A stretch of DNA of 63,043 nucleotides, filler included, from Stramenopiles sp. TOSAG23-2 (lineage: Eukaryota), in assembly GCA_900128395.1 (NCBI GenBank). It is 11 parts of 11 records of this genome, joined end to end, with 100 filler letters (N's around TTAATTAATTAA, not from the genome) between each part and the next. Parts side by side here need not be neighbours in the genome. Positions count along the whole stretch, not along the records: positions 48,819 to 56,824 come from LT650249.1; positions 56,925 to 58,379 come from LT652867.1; positions 58,480 to 59,934 come from LT652868.1; positions 60,035 to 61,489 come from LT652869.1; positions 61,590 to 63,043 come from LT652870.1; 6 more parts are not named here. One strand, 5' to 3'. Below the pieces are notes generated by a model. It was not told the DNA's origin and did not search any database. It saw only the letters and a program-made list of their open reading frames with translations. Both the position numbers and the translations under genes were made by a program. How positions within the stretch are numbered: position 1 is the stretch's first letter; the number at the start of each line of letters is the position of its first letter. This document shows, piece after piece, positions 56,405 through 63,043 of the stretch.

Positions 56405-56510
56405 GAGCCCGGCGTCCAACGCGTTCAACGAACGCGCATGGAAGGATAGAAACCTACTTGTGCTTGTAGAGTATTAGTTTGCAGAGGTGCATTAGAGCTT
56501 TACTATAGTA
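56405..56510 (+). ncRNA. Candidate structured RNA or repeat core, copy B
   Basis: Homologous to 51763-51864 and 16664-16713. Confidence 0.45.
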
Positions 56511-57136
56511 AAAAAAAAAAGAGGTGTAAAATCATTAGCCTGTGACACGTTCGGCACACCGGTGTGTGTCTATTTTTCTTGTTTGAACAAAATATTATTG
56601 TATGATATGGCATTTAAAATAATTTTTTATATATTTTAATAAATTTAATTAAAATATATTGGTTAAAATCTAAGTTATAATAATTTTACACTTCTCGTGT
56701 TAAGTAAATTTAATTAATAAATATAATATGATACGATGATGTGATTAATATATTAAAATATACGAGCCGTATACTTCCTATAATAAATTACGAGTGTAGG
56801 ATACTCGTATCATAGCAGTTAATANNNNNNNNNNNNNNNNNNNNNNNNNNNNNNNNNNNNNNNNNNNNTTAATTAATTAANNNNNNNNNNNNNNNNNNNN
56901 NNNNNNNNNNNNNNNNNNNNNNNNAAAGAAAAATACGAATAAAGTTTCGTATTACTTCACATAAAAAAAATCTACCAACAAAAGACATCATTACCTGTAA
57001 CGTGTAACGAATTACGGACACAAACGCTTCGTATCATATAGGGTTGGTATTTATTTCAAGCACATATACCATGTATCAATAAATACATATATGTGAACAT
57101 ATATATATTTCTGCGTATAATAATACACACAATTTT

Positions 57137-58379
57137 TTACAATTTGGATGGTGTACTTCTTTCATGAACGTGAAGCCACATACCCATAATCGTTCCAGAG
57201 CCACCAATACCAGCAGTCGCTGCAATTGCTTTTTGTTCACCTGCAATTCCATTTAAATTTTCTTCCGTCCTTTTTCTGCCCGCCGGAGTCAAATCCTTTG
57301 GACCCATGGTTCCAGCTGGGTTTTCTAATGGCCCATCACGTTCACGATCGTAATTTTTGTATGGTTCACTTAATTCAAAGGAAAATCGACGAAATAAATT
57401 TGCCAATATCGTTCTCATTTCCATTTGTGCAAAGTTTTTACCCAAACAATCTCTTGGTTGAAATGTGAATGGGGAAAATCGCTCCGAAGATGGATTGTAA
57501 CCTTTGAACGTATCGCCACCCCAAATTTCATCTTCACGGAATTCACGGTCAGGATTAAACTCCATGGCATCTGCCCCCCATAGGGTAGGATTACGTTGTC
57601 TCATCATGTTGACAACTTGCACATATGTGCCTTTCTTCAGCAATGTTGGTTTTCCACCAGGCCCTTTCACGTAATCATCATATTGCAATTCACGGAAAGT
57701 TCCATTTGGTACAGCGGTCCAAAGTCTCAATGTTTCCATTACACATCGTGTTAAAAATGGCAAATGATCACAATCTTCATATACCATTGGTCTACCTAGC
57801 TTATCCAATCGTTCAAAGAAAGCATCAACTTCCTCATGGACTCGTTTTTGATATTCTGGATGGTGTGCCAATTCATACGTCAACCATGTCATGGTATGAG
57901 CAGTGGTATCGTGCCCGGCAAACAATATTAACAACATATTTCCAAATTGATCGGCAACATTTAATCCTAGATCTTTCGCTGCATTATCGACGGATTTTGA
58001 TAATGGTCCAAAAATAGGTTTCTCGCCGGAGATAACTTCAGCATCGGAAGCAGCAGCAAAATCTTCATTTTTACTCACTGCTCTCATCATTTGCACGGTA
58101 TTTTGCAAGACGACGGAAAATGGTGCACGCCCAGCAAAACCATCGCGTATTGGCTTGTTAGTAGATTCCATAAACTCCTCATCCATTCCAAACAATGCTA
58201 ATTGCAATTGCGCTTGTGCCTCATGTAAGAAGAAATCATGACAGTTCACCCCATATTCACCTGCATTGTTGGATAATTCCTTCATTACATCAGCACATTT
58301 TTCCGCACGGCTTAAGCTACGTGGGAAAATTTTTGCTAAAGACATTTTTGGCAAGAAAACTTCATTCAAATGACTACGT
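57137..58379 (-). CDS. Cytochrome P450, 5'-truncated
   Basis: AGHDTT I-helix, ETLR, FNPDR, heme motif FTFQPRDCLG. Confidence 0.92.
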
Positions 58380-58479
58380 NNNNNNNNNNNNNNNNNNNNN
58401 NNNNNNNNNNNNNNNNNNNNNNNTTAATTAATTAANNNNNNNNNNNNNNNNNNNNNNNNNNNNNNNNNNNNNNNNNNNN

Positions 58480-59244
58480 ACAAAGAAAACACAAAAAGAT
58501 ATCATGTGGGAACAAGGTGGACCTGGTATGTACATGCAAAATTTACGTGAACATTGGCAATTGAAAAATGATGCATGGAAAACAGATGCAGTTCCAGAAA
58601 TTATGGATGGTAAAAATATTGCTGATTTTGTTGATCCAGATATATTGGAAAAATTAGAAGCATTGGAAAAAGAGGAAGAAGCATTGGAAAATGCAATGGA
58701 TGATTCTGAAGAAGAAAGTGATTTGGATGAAGAAGATCAACGATTGGTAGATAAAATTAGATCAAAACGTAAAGTGATCGTCGCACGTCATCGTAGAAAC
58801 AAAGGTGGTAATCGTACCGTAGTGCAACGTAATAAACGAACCAATAATGAAAAAACATTTAAGAAAAATTTGGAAAAGAAAACAGGTACACGTGTTACAC
58901 GTGCATTATCACGTGGTAGAAAACGTGAACGTTCCGTATCACGTAAACGTTCTGGTAATAGTGAAGCCATGAAATACGTAGATGGTAAAAGTGATGAGAA
59001 AGATAGTAGAGGACGTTCATTATCACGTGCAGATCATCGTAGCAAATCAAAAGTACCACGTGATTTATCTGGTATGCCAAAAGATTTAAAATCTGTAAAG
59101 AAAGCACGTAAAATGTTGAAACAATCACAGAAAAAAATGAACATATTAGCAAGAGCTGGTGAATCCGATAGGCATATTGCAGTGAAAATGCCGAAACATT
59201 TGTTTTCCGGTAAAATCGGCAGTGGTACGAGGGATAGGAGGTAA
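58480..59244 (+). CDS. NOG1: Nucleolar GTP-binding protein 1, C-terminal part
   Basis: PEIMDGKNIADFVDPDILEKLEALEKEE and GESDRHIAVKMPKHLFSGK...DRR terminus. Confidence 0.93.
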   Translation, partial: TKKTQKDIMWEQGGPGMYMQNLREHWQLKNDAWKTDAVPEIMDGKNIADFVDPDILEKLEALEKEEEALENAMDDSEEESDLDEEDQRLVDKIRSKRKVIVARHRRNKGGNRTVVQRNKRTNNEKTFKKNLEKKTGTRVTRALSRGRKRERSVSRKRSGNSEAMKYVDGKSDEKDSRGRSLSRADHRSKSKVPRDLSGMPKDLKSVKKARKMLKQSQKKMNILARAGESDRHIAVKMPKHLFSGKIGSGTRDRR

Positions 59245-59492
59245 AAAAAAATAAAATATTTTATATATTGATAATCAAAAATATTAAAGGAGGTAGGAGG
59301 TGCATTTTAAATTGTATTATTTTTCTTTTAAAAAACACAAAAAATATTTTATACCGAATTCGTATTTTATTTTATTTTTAAATATTATATAATTTCCTAT
59401 GTTTATCTCATAGTGCGGATATCACTTTTAGCAGGTAACTATGCCCTAGTAGTGTCGAGTATAAAGCAATGTATAACATATAGGACAATCTG

Positions 59493-59791
59493 CATGGCAC
59501 ACGAAAAAAATCGTGTGCCACAAAATTTTAATTATAATTAGTTTTATTTTTTATGTATTTTTGCCGAAATGAATTTCGGCCCAAAAAATAATTTTGTGTG
59601 CCATGACTTTACTCGTTCGTAAAACATTTTGTATTTATTTTTTTTCCTCTGGGATTTTCTGTAGAATTTGCTCTATTCGATTCCATTAACAAAGTGGACT
59701 TTGTTAATATCATTTTGTATGTCAAATGTCCGCTTTGAACGGAGTGTATGAGTGTATTTTTTTCGGACGTGCCGAAATCAATTTCGGCACG
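59493..59791. repeat. Palindrome-rich element (TGGCACACGA/TCGTGTGCCA; GCCGAAATnnATTTCGGC x2)
   Basis: Hairpins at 59495-59520, 59563-59580, 59768-59791; CATGGCACAC/GTGTGCCATG inverted pair at 59493 and 59605. Confidence 0.7.
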
Positions 59792-60262
59792 AACAAAATT
59801 CGACAATTATTAAAAATACAAGGGGATTATTATAGGAAATTCTGTAGTAATATTGACGAAAACAATCGTTAGAAAAAAAAAATAAAAATTTAACGATATT
59901 TGGATAAATAGGGTCAATTTATACTAAAAGAATGNNNNNNNNNNNNNNNNNNNNNNNNNNNNNNNNNNNNNNNNNNNNTTAATTAATTAANNNNNNNNNN
60001 NNNNNNNNNNNNNNNNNNNNNNNNNNNNNNNNNNTCTTTTTTCGTCCCATACACCTCGCTTTGCTCGGTCCGTTGTGTCCCGTTTATTCCATTTACCGAT
60101 TTAAGAAGAACGAAAACCACCACACATTATTCCTTTACACCACCACACCACCACAAATCCTTAATACTAGATAGAGAGGATCCTCTCTAAGAGTATATAT
60201 AGTCTACTGTAGACGACTCTATAAAATATGTCGGTAAACTTAACTTTAACTTGACTTTGGTG

Positions 60263-60466
60263 CGCAGTAAACTGTACACTTACAAATTAACACTATTCAC
60301 TATGGGAAATATGTATATATCGTTTTCTAAAATGCCAATTTTATTTTTCATATGATTGGGAAAAATAGCAAATATCCGAAAATTTAGTGAATAGTGTTTT
60401 GTACAGTTTTAATTAGTTTTGGCATGTTAGTTAGTAATGTTTTAGAGGTTAGAGGGCAGCACTGCG
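60263..60466. mobile_element. MITE-like fold-back element; related end at 32581-32649
   Basis: CGCAGT..AAACTGTACA..AACACTATTCACT mirrored by AGTGAATAGTGTT..TGTACAGTTT..ACTGCG; similar sequence starts contig 5. Confidence 0.55.
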
Positions 60467-60752
60467 AACGATAATCTTTAAATCCTTAAACTGTATATTA
60501 TTATACTTTTTATATAGTACCATAATATATACTGCATATTATAGTTGCTATAATTACCGTGTGGGTATTCCTTACTACACTGTATTATATATTATAATAT
60601 ATGCACTTAACACAAACGTCCACGCATTCAATCATGCGATAAAATACTACGTAATGTCTCTGCACTTTGAACAGTTGCAGATAGTATATCACGATTGCAT
60701 ATTGTACCATTTTCATTTCCATATTTTAAGATACGATCTTGAATCCACGCAT

Positions 60753-61489
60753 TCAATCATGCGATAAAATACTACGTAATGTCTCTGCACTTTGAACAGT
60801 TGCAGATAGTATATCACGATTGCATATTGTACCATTTTCATTTCCATATTTTAAGATACGATCTTGAATCAACCATAAACCATCTAATGTTAATTTACCA
60901 AATGCATCACCAATATCTAAATTATCATCATTTTCACTAAAGATAAAGGTAAGAAAAACTGTTAATAATACCAAACCTTCCCTAATAACAATCAATGTAA
61001 ATGGTTCCAACTCATTTTCATACGTTTTCAAAGGTGAGGATAATATTTCAATTAAATTTACTAATAAGATAAATATATTTTCAGCTTTTCTTCCCGGACT
61101 AAAAAGCAATAATGTTATACCAACTTGTTCATGGTGCGAAATGACTGCTGAAATGATTCTCAATGCACCCAAAATCAAAGGTAATTGAAAACGCTTGCTT
61201 TTAGATTTGGTTAATGGTATATGTAGAAAAATAGAACATGCATTTTGTATCAATTTTAACAATGGTTCATTGTTTTTCAATGGATATATAGATATTATTT
61301 TTTGAATTGTACTCAATAACAGTTGTTTTGAACGAATATGTATCGTTTGGTCAGACAAAACATTGACTAAAATATCTTCATTTACGAATTTTTGAAACAG
61401 ATTCGATATTGCTTCATTTGGAGAACTATATGCAATATTATGTACAACTTGTATACAACGTTCTAACCTACGATGGTATTCATTCATAA
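60753..61489 (-). CDS. C-terminal part of a Leu-rich helical (HEAT/ARM-like) protein
   Basis: ORF open to the contig end; amphipathic helices. Confidence 0.6.
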
Positions 61490-61684
61490 NNNNNNNNNNN
61501 NNNNNNNNNNNNNNNNNNNNNNNNNNNNNNNNNTTAATTAATTAANNNNNNNNNNNNNNNNNNNNNNNNNNNNNNNNNNNNNNNNNNNNCCTCTGTAGCT
61601 CTAGTTGTACTCATAAGCACACCACACACAAAAAAAAAGGAAGAAAAACAGGAAAGCAGAACTACCATCAATGGTATATATATT

Positions 61685-62260
61685 ATGATGTTATGGAGAT
61701 TTTATCAGCAAATAATGGTGTCACACCCGCTTCGTACAAATTGCTTTACTGCACTTGGGGTAATGTGTATTGGTGATACTACAGCCCAATTGATAAATAA
61801 TGAAAAACAAAATATTTTTGAATTCGAGGTAGATAAGCCGAGGCTGCTTACAATGCTTAGTTGGAATTCTTTGTGCTTCACGCCATTCTTTTTCTACTTC
61901 TTCCGTACTGTAGACGCTATATTCCCAGGTAGTGGCTTACGAAATGTGGTGCTGAAAGTTATGACAACACAGCTATCTGTTACTATTCCAATAAATGTGG
62001 CTGCAATATCGTATAAAACTACAGTTGAAATGTATCTTGATTCGATTTTTCAGAAAAATACAACATCTCCTTTTGAAATGGAACGTGTAAAAAATGAAAT
62101 CATAGAGCGTGTTGATGTTGATTTATTTAAGTTGTTTTGCTCATCTGCTTGTTTTTGGACGCCTATAAATTTTATCAACTTTAAATTTTGCCCACTCCAA
62201 TATCGTGTTATTCCAACAATCGTAGGTGGTGTAATATGGAATGCATATCTATCTTTATAA
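61685..62260 (+). CDS. Mpv17/PMP22 family membrane protein
   Basis: HPLRTN...GDTTAQ...FWTPINFINFKFCPLQYRV...WNAYLS. Confidence 0.88.
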   Translation: MMLWRFYQQIMVSHPLRTNCFTALGVMCIGDTTAQLINNEKQNIFEFEVDKPRLLTMLSWNSLCFTPFFFYFFRTVDAIFPGSGLRNVVLKVMTTQLSVTIPINVAAISYKTTVEMYLDSIFQKNTTSPFEMERVKNEIIERVDVDLFKLFCSSACFWTPINFINFKFCPLQYRVIPTIVGGVIWNAYLSL

Positions 62261-63043
62261 GAAGGCCATGCAAATGAGGAAACAGTAATAGAAATCGGGA
62301 TAATAATAAACAGAAAAGTGTACCCTGAGCTTATCATTTTCATACTATTGCTCCAGTATTTCATGTTTGACTTTCCTAAAAAAAAACAGCCAAGCCCAGC
62401 TTAGCAAGCCACAATTAATTAATTGCAAATCACGCCCGATTCCAACTGGGCTTGAGTCTAATATTTGAAATGGCAAGCTGCATAAGGGAACACAAATGAA
62501 AATTATGTACACGACAAAATTAAGAAGCGACTCATGAATTGGATGCCGTTTCCTAATTTTATAACGAAGACGACAGGAAAAAAGAAACGATGATATAAGT
62601 AGACATCCAAATACAATTGAGATATCAATAAAAAGTCTTTGCCTTGCTGTTCCATTGTCACATACGTGTAGAAACGCCTCATTGGGATTGGTGTATTTTT
62701 GACAAGATGGTACTTGATCAACTCCTTGCTCGTGTGATACTACTGTGCGATTTTTTACAACTCTAGTTATATTGTTTGTCCATGGTATATCCTTTGTAGT
62801 TTCTACACAACATTTTGGCTGTTCCGTTGGAATAAGTATAAAAAGAATAAACGCTATTTCCAAAAAAAATGAAAAAACAAAATATCTTGTACTTCGTAAA
62901 ATTTTTTGATGGATTTTGTATTTTTCGCAAATACGCGACAAGCGATTTTTCCTACTTTCATTGTTCTCCTCCTCTCCAATCAATGTAGATGAGGCTTCAG
63001 CTATTCCAACATCTTTTTCATTGCCATCCTCGATTTTGTCTTC
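62255..63043 (-). CDS. Multi-pass membrane protein fragment with a probable homopolymer frameshift at 62378-62386
   Basis: Several TM segments; removing one T from the T9 run joins the 62983 and 62364 ORFs (WLFFLGKSNMKYW...); 3' end uncertain. Confidence 0.55.

Noticed and set aside
56405-56510. tRNA, hammerhead or hairpin ribozyme identity for the structured element
   Set aside because: No CUGAnGA core; the GUC/GAA words lack the required helices; the T-arm-like GTAGGTTTCTATCCTTC has no matching acceptor stem.
8053-61589. TTAATTAATTAA as a biological motif, and gene clusters spanning contigs
   Set aside because: It is an artificial six-frame-stop linker between length-sorted contigs; adjacency across it is meaningless.
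1-63043. Alternative genetic code
   Set aside because: Long conserved ORFs read without internal stops and end at TAA, TAG or TGA at expected positions.

Overview
The window is not one locus. It is 11 unrelated contigs joined by 100-bp linkers (44 N + TTAATTAATTAA + 44 N) and ordered by decreasing length (8052, 8050, 8044, 8034, 8027, 8011, 8006, 1455, 1455, 1455, 1454 bp), so no synteny can be inferred across linkers. The DNA is AT-rich, intron-poor, standard-code eukaryotic nuclear sequence. Evidence: one GT-AG intron, Abraxas, NOG1, kinesin, Mpv17, cytochrome P450, SHIPPO/ODF3-type PGP repeats, MORN/ankyrin/ARM/LRR proteins. A flagellated protist (possibly a stramenopile single-cell or metagenome assembly) is my inference only. 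The most interesting signals are: (1) an unnamed ~100-nt structured repeat in three copies on two contigs, each ~270-320 bp downstream of a same-strand stop codon; (2) recurrent local copying of gene ends, one fused to a foreign gene fragment; (3) a Kolobok-like TTAA element whose subterminal 11-bp-spaced motif recurs on other contigs; (4) an MLKL/HeLo-like + WW + MORN protein; (5) two giant secreted proteins with S-hydrophobic-x-E motifs, one a Cys-paired helical-repeat protein with a hydrophobic hairpin; (6) a GC-rich, start-less ankyrin gene island. Several inversion structures are probably amplification or assembly artefacts. All family calls come from motif recognition by eye, with no database searches.
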